A stretch of 46,807 bases of DNA from a virus (IMGVR_UViG_3300038435_000067:1-46807); one strand, 5' to 3'. Shown: positions 1 through 7,848, counted from the first letter of the stretch. Translations and numbers: made by a program. The notes: a model not told the origin generated them from the sequence alone.

Positions 1-99
1 ATATAGAATATAAATGGAATATATTAGTTGAGGCTTTATCGTTAGATGCCAATAAGGAGCGCATAAAACATTTAGCTCAAAAGTGGGGGTGTAATAATA
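1..99. repeat. Terminal direct repeat, identical to 46709-46807 (circular closure or terminal redundancy)
   Basis: The first 99 nt (atatagaatataaatgg...gggtgtaataata) recur exactly as the last 99 nt of the window. Confidence 0.95.
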
Positions 100-338
100 A
101 AAACGCGGATAAATACGCCAAATATATAGGTATATGTTTAAAAATGGATGGCAATAAATGGTGTGCATATTTAACATCGTTTGTTAATATCCAAGAATCA
201 CCAATAGGATTTGGAAATAATGCATTAGAAGCATTTGCGGCTTTATGCAAAGAATTGGGGCATAAAAAAGGTAAAAGAAATCCGACTTTTAAAGATTCGA
301 TAGAACGATTAAAAAAGATGAATTATGAAAATATTTAG
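3..338 (+). CDS. Hypothetical protein, 3' part of an ORF that wraps across the contig ends (continues 46582-46807; 154 aa on the closed circle)
   Basis: The frame of the listed 144-338 ORF stays open back to base 3. It is the same frame as the ATG at 46582 once the 99-bp overlap is collapsed (465 nt in total). Confidence 0.6.
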   Translation: MEYKWNILVEALSLDANKERIKHLAQKWGCNNKNADKYAKYIGICLKMDGNKWCAYLTSFVNIQESPIGFGNNALEAFAALCKELGHKKGKRNPTFKDSIERLKKMNYENI

Positions 339-368
339 CTTAATTGGGTATTTAATGGGTATTTTGAT

Positions 369-839
369 ATGAAACATATACTGGATATGTGTTGCGGCAG
401 CAGAATGTTTTGGTTTGATAAATCAAATGCAAACACAATATTTATTGACAATCGATATTTATTTACAACATTATGCGATGGGCGTAAATTAGAAATTAAC
501 CCAGATTATTTTGCTGATTTTAGGGATTTGCCGTTTGATGATAATACATTTTACTTAGCGGTTTTTGACCCACCACATTTAATAAATGCGGGTGATAAAT
601 CATGGTTAGCGCTTAAATACGGCAAGTTGCAAAACACTTGGCAAAATGATATTAAATTGGGTTTTGATGAAGCTATGAGAGTGCTAAAGCCCTGGGGAAC
701 ATTGATATTTAAATGGAATGAGGAGCAGATTAAGCTCAAAGAAATATTAAAATGTACACCATATAAACCATTGTTTGGTGATAAACGAAATAAAACTCAT
801 TGGTTAGTATTTATGAAAGAAGCAGACAATGAAGCCTAA
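369..839 (+). CDS. SAM-dependent DNA amino-methyltransferase (orphan, N6-A or N4-C type)
   Basis: 156 aa. N-terminal motif-I-like LDMCCGSRMFWFD and catalytic tetrapeptide DPPH (VFDPPHL). No adjacent restriction gene. Confidence 0.7.
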   Translation: MKHILDMCCGSRMFWFDKSNANTIFIDNRYLFTTLCDGRKLEINPDYFADFRDLPFDDNTFYLAVFDPPHLINAGDKSWLALKYGKLQNTWQNDIKLGFDEAMRVLKPWGTLIFKWNEEQIKLKEILKCTPYKPLFGDKRNKTHWLVFMKEADNEA

Positions 840-1308
840 AGCTCGCAAATGGATAGAGGTTGAGCGTTATCAACAATTTGTTACTACGAATGAAGATTAT
901 ACAATTTGGATTGATAATTTGTATGATATAAATGATGAACTAATTCATTCTGATAAAGACATAAGTGCTTTAAAAGCGTATGCACAGGAAAAGTATCAAA
1001 TGAAAACATATGAGGAAATAATAACAAAAAATCCTAATGCCGCTTTTTTTGTTGGAGAAGATGAATATTATTGTTGTAACGAAGATGGTTATTCACTTAT
1101 TGAAAATCTTAGAGACAATTATATTGCAGCTTGGGAAGAAACACCCAAAGTATATTTAGCCGTAAATAAACGAATAGCTACAGAAGAAGATTTTAAAAAC
1201 TCCGAATATTATTGTAATAATTTTGATGTAGGGGATGTTATTTGCGATAAGGGAAAAGAAATTAATATTGACAACTTATGGAAAGAGTTACAAAATGAGA
1301 ACATATGA
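829..1308 (+). CDS. Hypothetical protein (C-terminal half paralogous to the next gene)
   Basis: 159 aa, overlaps its neighbours in the co-oriented early operon. Shares KTYEEII-NPNA-FFV and EINIDNLWK blocks with 1295-1660. Confidence 0.6.
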   Translation: MKPKARKWIEVERYQQFVTTNEDYTIWIDNLYDINDELIHSDKDISALKAYAQEKYQMKTYEEIITKNPNAAFFVGEDEYYCCNEDGYSLIENLRDNYIAAWEETPKVYLAVNKRIATEEDFKNSEYYCNNFDVGDVICDKGKEINIDNLWKELQNENI

Positions 1309-1660
1309 AGAAATTATATTAGAGAACCCAAATGCAACATTTTTTGTGCATAACGATACTTCTGTAGTTTTTGAGCTTGACAATTGTTTACTAGATTGCG
1401 AAGAAAAACCAAATGTTTACGTTGCCATTGCCAATTTATTATCTCTAAATGCTAAAGATTTATTTGAAAATATTGAAGATCAATTAGTAGATTATGCTTA
1501 TGAAGATTGGGCATTACCATATGATGATGAAGACGTAAAGGCTCTGCAAGAATGTATTGATAAAATTCTTTTGAAACATGAAAATTATAATACTGTTTAT
1601 ACGATAGGTGAAGAGATTAATATTGATAATTTGTGGAAGAAGATACATAATGAGGATTAA
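1295..1660 (+). CDS. Hypothetical protein (tandem paralog of 829-1308)
   Basis: The internal ATG at 1295 (MRTYEEIILENPNATFF) is preferred over the track start at 1235. The same N- and C-terminal blocks occur in the upstream gene. Confidence 0.6.
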   Translation: MRTYEEIILENPNATFFVHNDTSVVFELDNCLLDCEEKPNVYVAIANLLSLNAKDLFENIEDQLVDYAYEDWALPYDDEDVKALQECIDKILLKHENYNTVYTIGEEINIDNLWKKIHNED

Positions 1661-1868
1661 GTTTAATTGGAGGGATATTACCGAAAACTTAAGCACTCCT
1701 GCAGAAGATTATGGTTATTCGTGTTCTCGTGAAGATAATGACTGGATTCCGTGTCATGGTGACGATAGTATCTGCGATAGAAAATATTTAATGAAATTTG
1801 AAGCTCAAAGAATTTGCGAAAACCATTTTACAAAATTTGTAGAGGAGAAATTTAAAAATGACAACTAA
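1650..1868 (+). CDS. Hypothetical small Cys-rich protein
   Basis: ATG at 1650 (MRIKFNWRD) overlaps the upstream stop by 11 nt. The C-terminal motif CENHF is shared with two nearby ORFs. Confidence 0.5.
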   Translation: MRIKFNWRDITENLSTPAEDYGYSCSREDNDWIPCHGDDSICDRKYLMKFEAQRICENHFTKFVEEKFKNDN

Positions 1869-2220
1869 ACAAGAAATTATTGATACACTTAATCTTTTGA
1901 AATCTTATATTACAGTGAATTATTCAGAAGATAAAGACATTGATCCAAAATATATTTGTATCCAACTGAGGGATTTAATTAATGCGATCAATGATTATAA
2001 ACCAAAAGTTAAACCATTAAAATGGCGAGAAAGTCAATTTGGATTGATTTCTGAAGATGGGTATTATAGTATAATAAAGTTAAATACAGGTAGCTTAGAA
2101 TATAGAATTAGTCATGATATGCAAGAGTTACCAAATAATCCACATTACACTTTAGAATCAGCGATGGCAGCTTGCCAACATCATTATGAACAAGATATTT
2201 TAAAGGCGCTTGAATTATGA
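1858..2220 (+). CDS. Hypothetical protein
   Basis: 120 aa, GAGGAG about 10 nt upstream of the ATG. C-terminal motif CQHHY. Confidence 0.6.
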   Translation: MTTKQEIIDTLNLLKSYITVNYSEDKDIDPKYICIQLRDLINAINDYKPKVKPLKWRESQFGLISEDGYYSIIKLNTGSLEYRISHDMQELPNNPHYTLESAMAACQHHYEQDILKALEL

Positions 2221-2579
2221 AAAAACAAATAACAAAAGAAGAATTACAAAAACTTATAGACAATTTTGATGTTGGTAGATTTTGGGATAATATACGTAAT
2301 AATCCACATTTGGAACTTTTAAATCTGGGTGTGCTTAACCAATATCAAAAACAAGATTATAAATCATTACTTAATTCACTAAGCGTATTTCAAGATTCGA
2401 ATAGTAAGGATGTATACTGGCATTATGATGATTCATCCAAAAAAAAATATATATGTTTAAGAGCAATTCATAGTAAAAATATTGCTGCATACGATAACAT
2501 TTTAGTTTGTGATATTAATGATTTACAAGGTATTGAGAATTGTGTTCAATTTTTAAGGAGTAAAAAAAATAATGAGTAA
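2217..2579 (+). CDS. Hypothetical protein
   Basis: 120 aa, ATGA start/stop overlap with the upstream gene. Confidence 0.6.
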   Translation: MKKQITKEELQKLIDNFDVGRFWDNIRNNPHLELLNLGVLNQYQKQDYKSLLNSLSVFQDSNSKDVYWHYDDSSKKKYICLRAIHSKNIAAYDNILVCDINDLQGIENCVQFLRSKKNNE

Positions 2580-2715
2580 GTGGAATTATTATCATAAAGA
2601 TGAAAAATACTCAACCGATTGGCAACATGATATTTGTTTATCGCAATATCGCAAAGCACATGAAGTATTAGGATTTTGGGCTAAATTTGTGTTGTGGCTG
2701 AAGGGTAAATTATAA
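2572..2715 (+). CDS. Hypothetical small protein (47 aa, below the ORF-track cutoff)
   Basis: Hand-translated as MSKWNYYHKDEKYSTDWQHDICLSQYRKAHEVLGFWAKFVLWLKGKL. Fills the 2579-2718 gap exactly, with AAGGAG upstream. Confidence 0.45.
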   Translation: MSKWNYYHKDEKYSTDWQHDICLSQYRKAHEVLGFWAKFVLWLKGKL

Positions 2716-2717
2716 TT

Positions 2718-2987
2718 ATGGTTAAAATAAAAGAAGTAAAATTTAAAGAAAAAGATTCATTTTTTAAAGGATGGGGGCGATCTGAACCTATCATTATTAA
2801 CAATCGTGTATCATTTTTTTATAGGATAAATAAAACCAAGCATTCAATTAGTTTTATGATTAAAGAGGGTCATACTAAGATAACTGAACTTGATTTAATA
2901 AAAAATGAGTTTAAAACCATTCCTGGAACTGAGTTAATATGCCAGCAACATTTTGATAATTTTGTAGGACATTTTTATGACATTTGA
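2718..2987 (+). CDS. Hypothetical protein
   Basis: 89 aa, tightly packed with its neighbours. C-terminal motif CQQHF. Confidence 0.55.
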   Translation: MVKIKEVKFKEKDSFFKGWGRSEPIIINNRVSFFYRINKTKHSISFMIKEGHTKITELDLIKNEFKTIPGTELICQQHFDNFVGHFYDI

Positions 2988-3279
2988 AGAACAAAAACAG
3001 GCTGCTATGAAATCAATCTTAAATGATGATCAAATTGATAGTTATGCTAAACAAAAAACAGTAAATTTGATTAATAATTTGGGAATGCCATTTACGAATA
3101 TACTACTATACCGAGAAAATATTGTCAAGGGTAAAGTTTTATGGATAGGAAGTAGTGCTGTTTCTACTGAATATGAAAGGTGTGTTATTCCAGGATCAAC
3201 TATTTCAATAATTGCAGATAAATTAATGAATGAAGATCACGCTTATGTTTTAATGAAAGTGAAGGTGAAAAATGAGTAA
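2977..3279 (+). CDS. Hypothetical protein
   Basis: 100 aa, overlaps the upstream gene by 11 nt. Confidence 0.55.
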   Translation: MTFEEQKQAAMKSILNDDQIDSYAKQKTVNLINNLGMPFTNILLYRENIVKGKVLWIGSSAVSTEYERCVIPGSTISIIADKLMNEDHAYVLMKVKVKNE

Positions 3280-3430
3280 AATATATGTATTAGTTGAAAT
3301 GACAGATAAGAATGGAGGTTGGGAATCACGAAATATTGCGGCTTCTTTAGATAAAGAAAAAATTATTAAAATGATTCCAGAAATAACACCATATTCTATA
3401 CAATATGGAATACAAACATTTGAGGATTAA
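3272..3430 (+). CDS. Hypothetical small protein (52 aa, below the ORF-track cutoff)
   Basis: Hand-translated as MSKIYVLVEMTDKNGGWESRNIAASLDKEKIIKMIPEITPYSIQYGIQTFED. GAAGGTG lies upstream and the ORF fills the gap. Confidence 0.45.
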   Translation: MSKIYVLVEMTDKNGGWESRNIAASLDKEKIIKMIPEITPYSIQYGIQTFED

Positions 3431-3433
3431 GAA

Positions 3434-3652
3434 ATGATTAAACTTTTAATAGGACTAGGATTTTTAGTAGGAATAGTGGCATTTTTAATTTTTATTTATT
3501 CCTTTCCTACTATAGGTATTATTGTAATATTTATACCTTGTTGCTTTTTAATATGCATGTTGGCTTATTGCATTGGAGATGATATAATGTTTGAATATAA
3601 ATGGGGAAAAGCTATAAGAAAATTAAGAAAAGGTGCAAAATATGATAAGTGA
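3434..3652 (+). CDS. Small membrane protein (two hydrophobic helices)
   Basis: 72 aa. Hydrophobic stretches LLIGLGFLVGIVAFLIFIY and GIIVIFIPCCFLICMLAYCI. GAGGA lies 8 nt upstream. Confidence 0.6.
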   Translation: MIKLLIGLGFLVGIVAFLIFIYSFPTIGIIVIFIPCCFLICMLAYCIGDDIMFEYKWGKAIRKLRKGAKYDK

Positions 3653-3953
3653 AAAACAATATCAACAAAAAATTGATTCTTTAGAAACTCAAATTTATAA
3701 GATAACCGATGAAAATATATTTTTAAAAAAATCTTTTTTAGAAATTAAAGATGATTTAGTCAAAGCATTGGACAAAATAATTTTATTAGAAAGAGTAAAC
3801 ACACTTTTAAATGTTAAAGCTATAAAATGCGATGGATTAGAAAAATATAATCGCAAATTATTAGTTAAAAATGTAGCTTTGTGGGCTAAAAATGAAGAGA
3901 TAACTATTGAAAATCAAGAATTAAAAAATAGGATTAAATTGTATGAACGATAA
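3642..3953 (+). CDS. Hypothetical coiled-coil protein
   Basis: ATG at 3642 with an AGG-type SD 8 nt upstream is preferred over the GTG at 3633. Heptad-like, K/E/L-rich sequence. Confidence 0.55.
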   Translation: MISEKQYQQKIDSLETQIYKITDENIFLKKSFLEIKDDLVKALDKIILLERVNTLLNVKAIKCDGLEKYNRKLLVKNVALWAKNEEITIENQELKNRIKLYER

Positions 3954-4113
3954 AGACTTTTTAGATGTATGCGCAATGATTGCAATGCATGCAATGATAA
4001 CAGCAAAAAATTACAGACTCCCCAAGATGGGAGAAATGCAAGAAGATTTGATTGCAGAAGATAGTTATAGTTTAGCTAAATCAATGTTGAAGGAAAAAAA
4101 GAAAAATGACTGA
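3943..4113 (+). CDS. Hypothetical small protein (56 aa, below the ORF-track cutoff)
   Basis: Hand-translated as MNDKDFLDVCAMIAMHAMITAKNYRLPKMGEMQEDLIAEDSYSLAKSMLKEKKKND. Overlaps both neighbours in operon style. Confidence 0.45.
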   Translation: MNDKDFLDVCAMIAMHAMITAKNYRLPKMGEMQEDLIAEDSYSLAKSMLKEKKKND

Positions 4114-4480
4114 TTTTGAAAAAACAAAAGTTAAATTACACATACTTGTTGAGAATTTAAGTGAAACATCATTAATGAATAAAATATATTATGCAACGAG
4201 TTATTCCTCATATCAAAATAACATTGATTTATTAAAACATATTCTTGAAACTTGTCAAAAAGAAAAAGAGCTAACACTTGAAGAGAAATTACAGGAATTG
4301 GGATTTAAACCGTGGGAACATCTTATTAGTGGTCTCAATTACTTAACAAATGGAGAAAGTATATCAATACGTTATGATTCTTATAGTTCACGAGGAGCAG
4401 TTTGTAAATTTTCACGATCAGAGGAAAAACTTATTATAAAATGTGCCAAATTTTTGAAGGAACTGGCTAATGAAAATTAA
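4106..4480 (+). CDS. Hypothetical protein
   Basis: 124 aa, AAGGAAA upstream. Confidence 0.6.
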   Translation: MTDFEKTKVKLHILVENLSETSLMNKIYYATSYSSYQNNIDLLKHILETCQKEKELTLEEKLQELGFKPWEHLISGLNYLTNGESISIRYDSYSSRGAVCKFSRSEEKLIIKCAKFLKELANEN

Positions 4481-4739
4481 TATTAAAGAAACAATAGAAC
4501 GTACTGATACTGGCGATATAGTTAAATTAGAATTTGATCAATTTCAATATTATATCAAATTTCATCTTACAGATAATATGGAAAAAAGCTATGAAGTTAG
4601 AATATATGATTATGATTCTTTTGATTCTATTATACTGTACGCTTCTGATAATTTACACAGTGCAATTTCTTTTACGCGTAAACATATAAATTTAGAAGTA
4701 ATTAAATATTTAAAAGATCATTATGGAGTAGAATTATGA
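4470..4739 (+). CDS. Hypothetical protein
   Basis: 89 aa, GAAGGAA upstream, overlaps the upstream stop. Confidence 0.6.
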   Translation: MKINIKETIERTDTGDIVKLEFDQFQYYIKFHLTDNMEKSYEVRIYDYDSFDSIILYASDNLHSAISFTRKHINLEVIKYLKDHYGVEL

Positions 4740-5017
4740 ATGAAGTATTAACATTATGGGATTATTGCTTAGAAAGTAATCACTGGGAAGTTGTAAAATC
4801 TGAACAACATATTCGACATAAAACATTAGATATTAATATTATGCAAGAATATGTGTTTAATTACAATATATTTTTTAACACACATAATGAAAAAGGTTTT
4901 AGAGTCAAAATAATTGAAAAATCTTTACACATTGATGATCAAATTAGATTATTAACTATGTTTATTGATATTTATGGAAAGAAAACAAATGCCGATCAAT
5001 CGCACTTTTTATTATAA
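4736..5017 (+). CDS. Hypothetical protein
   Basis: 93 aa, ATGA overlap with the upstream gene, GGAG upstream. Confidence 0.6.
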   Translation: MNEVLTLWDYCLESNHWEVVKSEQHIRHKTLDINIMQEYVFNYNIFFNTHNEKGFRVKIIEKSLHIDDQIRLLTMFIDIYGKKTNADQSHFLL

Positions 5018-5201
5018 ACCAATTATTGATTTTTTAAAAAAGAAAAAAAATCAAACAGTAACAAGAAATGATTTATATAAATTCATTGTTGAAAATTTTG
5101 GTGTTAAAGAACCTCGCAAAATAGTAGAAAAAATTAAAAAAATGGGATATGTAGTAGAAAATATCGAAATATCTAGAACTATTAGCTTAAGAGATATTTA
5201 A
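4989..5201 (+). CDS. Hypothetical small basic protein
   Basis: Start uncertain: ATG at 4989 with GGAAAG 7 nt upstream is preferred, with alternatives ATG 4974 and TTG 4965. The stop at 5199-5201 is firm. Confidence 0.5.
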   Translation: MPINRTFYYKPIIDFLKKKKNQTVTRNDLYKFIVENFGVKEPRKIVEKIKKMGYVVENIEISRTISLRDI

Positions 5202-5202
5202 C

Positions 5203-5559
5203 ATGCAACACGGTGAATCTAAAGAACAAGCATCATTAATGTATTGGGCAGCCTTAGCAACACAAACGTACCCCGATTTAAAATGGTTGCACTGTTCGTT
5301 AAATGGTGTTAAATTAACCGCAGTGCAAGCCAAAATAGCTAAAGGGCAAGGAATGAAGCCAGGGATTGCAGATTTATTTTTGCCCGTTAAGCGTGGCGAA
5401 TATTCTGGGTTTTTTATTGAGATGAAATACAACAAAAATAAATTAACTAAAGAACAACAGGAATTTTTAGAATATGTAAAATCTCAAGGATTTTTGACAG
5501 CTGTATGTTATGGATGGTTTGAAGCTAAAGAACTATTGATTAAATATCTCAATCAATAG
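5203..5559 (+). CDS. VRR-NUC domain nuclease
   Basis: 118 aa. GIADLFLP...GFFIEMKY matches the PD-(D/E)xK core (D...ExK) of VRR-NUC proteins. Size is typical for the family. Confidence 0.7.
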   Translation: MQHGESKEQASLMYWAALATQTYPDLKWLHCSLNGVKLTAVQAKIAKGQGMKPGIADLFLPVKRGEYSGFFIEMKYNKNKLTKEQQEFLEYVKSQGFLTAVCYGWFEAKELLIKYLNQ

Positions 5560-5965
5560 TTTTGCCCGCTTGAAACTCAGCTAAACTTAATCCATTTGTG
5601 AATTGCAAGTGGGGTAAATCTTTAATTGTTTTCCAATCACCGCCCCATTCTAGCCCTAAACTTTTGCCAATTTGTCCACATTTGATAAATAAAAGGGTAT
5701 CATTCCAAATTGCTTTACTTTCGAGTGTCGGACAAAAATCAAAGGCAACTCTAAAATTATGAAAAGATTGGCCAGCTTTAGCATTTGTTACAATTTTGCC
5801 TGGAGTTGTACGACCTTGGGCGTATAATGCATTTTGAGATTCAAAATCTCTATAAGTACTCGTAATTATAACTGTGATGCCGTCGTCTTTACATTTTGCA
5901 ATAAATTGATTGCATAAGACTTGCATTTTAGGGTGCAAGTCTTTTATATCTCGGGAATTAATCAT
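5549..5965 (-). CDS. Endolysin, peptidase M15 family (VanY / L-alanyl-D-glutamate peptidase-like)
   Basis: 138 aa. The Zn-ligand pattern SFHNFRVAFD (SxHxxGxAxD-like) and a downstream DLPH histidine are present. It is the last gene of the lysis cassette. Confidence 0.8.
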   Translation of the reverse strand: MINSRDIKDLHPKMQVLCNQFIAKCKDDGITVIITSTYRDFESQNALYAQGRTTPGKIVTNAKAGQSFHNFRVAFDFCPTLESKAIWNDTLLFIKCGQIGKSLGLEWGGDWKTIKDLPHLQFTNGLSLAEFQAGKTID

Positions 5966-6225
5966 TAGCCACTTATATTAACCCAAGCAGCAGATTGGCT
6001 TTCTGGTTTAACTCCAACGATCGGAGTGCTTGCTCCACTTGTCATATATACTTTACTATTTTGCGATTCAAAAACAACTTGTGCAATTCTGTTACTTGAA
6101 TTTGCAATTGGTTGTGTATTGTATTTACCCGTAGTACTCCAAGTACCTACATACCACATTTGATAGTTTACTGCAATGGCTGCAAATGTAGCCGCCGTTA
6201 AAATAATTGCTAATAGTTTTTTCAT
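5965..6225 (-). CDS. Small secreted or membrane-anchored protein in the lysis cassette
   Basis: 86 aa. N-terminal signal-like MKKLLAIILTAATFAAIA. Lies between the spanins and the endolysin. Confidence 0.55.
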   Translation of the reverse strand: MKKLLAIILTAATFAAIAVNYQMWYVGTWSTTGKYNTQPIANSSNRIAQVVFESQNSKVYMTSGASTPIVGVKPESQSAAWVNISG

Positions 6226-6247
6226 TTGTTATCTCCAAAAAAATAAG

Positions 6248-6826
6248 TTAATTTGCTGGAATTTTACCATATTTTTGCAATATAATGTTATAATTTATTG
6301 CAGAATCATTGATATAATCAATTAATAGATTGCACCGAGTGGCAATTATTTCGCATTGTTGGGCATAATCATTGATTCCTGCCGCTGCATCACTAGGTCT
6401 GATATATTCTTGAGTTGGTTTTTTTGCATCAAATCCTTTGGCGGCATTGGATACGCTGGGCATTCTATTGCCACTTGCGAGGCGCAGCCAGTAAGGAGTA
6501 ATGCGATTATCCAAGTTAAGTTTATCTCGATTATTAGCAATTTCAATTTGTGCATTTTTATAATTAATTCCGATGGTATTTAATTGTTCATTCAATGTTT
6601 GAATTGCCGACTCTCGCAGTAGCATTTGATTTTGTAATTCTTGATAAGCCAAATTTTTACTAATAATCTGAGCTTTTTGCTGATAAGTAAGCAATTTGAG
6701 ATTAGTTATTGAATTTTGTAAAATTGTGATATTGTGTTTTAATGTGGCACAATAACTAATCCCAATTGCAATTATACCACCAAACAATATTTTTCGCCAA
6801 TTATTTATTATCAGACTGATTATCAT
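6248..6826 (-). CDS. i-spanin (Rz-like)
   Basis: ATG at 6826 with AAGGA 9 nt upstream. One N-terminal TM helix (ILFGGIIAIGISYCATL) followed by a long coiled-coil periplasmic region. It contains the o-spanin ORF in another frame. Confidence 0.7.
   Translation of the reverse strand: MIISLIINNWRKILFGGIIAIGISYCATLKHNITILQNSITNLKLLTYQQKAQIISKNLAYQELQNQMLLRESAIQTLNEQLNTIGINYKNAQIEIANNRDKLNLDNRITPYWLRLASGNRMPSVSNAAKGFDAKKPTQEYIRPSDAAAGINDYAQQCEIIATRCNLLIDYINDSAINYNIILQKYGKIPAN
6346..6555 (-). CDS. o-spanin (Rz1-like lipoprotein), fully embedded in the i-spanin gene
   Basis: 69 aa in a different frame inside 6248-6826. The signal sequence ends in the lipobox LLTGC. The short mature part is proline-rich (ECPAYPMPPKD). 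Confidence 0.7.
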   Translation of the reverse strand: MHKLKLLIIEINLTWIIALLLTGCASQVAIECPAYPMPPKDLMQKNQLKNISDLVMQRQESMIMPNNAK

Positions 6827-7058
6827 TTGATTTATCCTTTTGATCGGGTTTAAATCTATTAAAAATAACACATATTGCACCTACAAAAATAGGTACTAAT
6901 CCTTGTGTTAATTCGGCGCTTGTAAGTACATTATGAATCATAGTGTGGATGTCGGCGTAAAATGAATATCCAAACCACCCCATAATTACAAAACCTATCC
7001 ATGTCGTCAATTGTCGCCACCCGTATTTTACAAAGGTTTTAGGCGTATGAATAATCAC
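6801..7058 (-). CDS. Holin candidate (two TM helices, charged C-terminus)
   Basis: 85 aa. Hydrophobic segments TWIGFVIMGWFGYSFY and GLVPIFVGAICVIF, then the KDKSNDNQSDNK tail. Located directly upstream of the spanins. Confidence 0.55.
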   Translation of the reverse strand: MIIHTPKTFVKYGWRQLTTWIGFVIMGWFGYSFYADIHTMIHNVLTSAELTQGLVPIFVGAICVIFNRFKPDQKDKSNDNQSDNK

Positions 7059-7441
7059 ATTATCCGCCTTTCTCTTTCCATGTGTCTATCTCTCTCTAGT
7101 TCAATAATTCTTTCTTGATCGGCTGCAATCAATTTAGATAATATTTCTTGATGTGATCGTATACCACGTAAATCATGTTCAATTTTATCATTTTGATTAC
7201 AAATATTTGCAACATTAGTATCAGTTTTTGCTTGCTGAATTTGTATTTCAGTTAATTTATCTGTAACTCTTGTAGCCACATCTGCAACCTTATTACCCAA
7301 TTCATCAATTTTTTTGCCATTTTCTTCATTGTTTTTTGTGTTATTTTTTGTTGTCAACCAATAAACACCCAAATAAAAAATAAATGTAGCAATTGATATT
7401 AATGCTCCGGTATCTAATGTTAGATTATCTGTTGGAGGCAT
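7055..7441 (-). CDS. Membrane-anchored coiled-coil protein
   Basis: 128 aa. N-terminal TM helix (ALISIATFIFYLGVYWL) followed by a charged helical region. ATGA overlaps on both sides. Confidence 0.55.
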   Translation of the reverse strand: MPPTDNLTLDTGALISIATFIFYLGVYWLTTKNNTKNNEENGKKIDELGNKVADVATRVTDKLTEIQIQQAKTDTNVANICNQNDKIEHDLRGIRSHQEILSKLIAADQERIIELERDRHMERERRIM

Positions 7442-7848
7442 TATATCATCACTCTATATCTTAACATCCATAACAAAGTATAAACCGCCATTGCAATATC
7501 TAATAATACAAAAATAAATTGTAATTTTGTCGGATTAGCTTTATAGTCAATAATATCTTCGATGGTATAGTATAAATTTCTGGCCAATAAAAATATAGCA
7601 ATACAATATGTTAAATTTCCTAATAGACCAAAAAATGATTTATCAATCATAAACAAAGTGATAATCAAAAAAGGTATAGAAAGTAATGCTGTAATTATGT
7701 TAATGGGCGCAAACCACCATTTCAATTTAAAAACTTCTAATCCATCTATCATAATATACTCACCAAGCACGTTACCTAATAATGTCCAACGCACAGCAGT
7801 GTACCAAGTAAACATTATTAAACCTAAAATATTATATAAATATATCAT
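7441..7848 (-). CDS. Polytopic membrane protein (about 4 TM helices)
   Basis: ATG at 7848 with AAGGA upstream is preferred over the TTG at 7872. Strongly hydrophobic throughout. It is the first gene after the tail fibre. Confidence 0.5.
   Translation of the reverse strand: MIYLYNILGLIMFTWYTAVRWTLLGNVLGEYIMIDGLEVFKLKWWFAPINIITALLSIPFLIITLFMIDKSFFGLLGNLTYCIAIFLLARNLYYTIEDIIDYKANPTKLQFIFVLLDIAMAVYTLLWMLRYRVMI

Noticed and set aside
1-99. The 99-bp identical ends as mobile-element terminal repeats or true phage DTRs.
   Set aside because: They are direct, not inverted, and lie inside a continuous ORF. Their length matches a typical assembler k-mer overlap, so circular closure is the simpler explanation.
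338-369. A short tandem duplication AATTGGGTATTT / AATGGGTATTTT between the wrap-around ORF and the methyltransferase gene.
   Set aside because: There are only two imperfect 12-nt units in a 30-bp spacer. That is too little to distinguish a regulatory site from chance.
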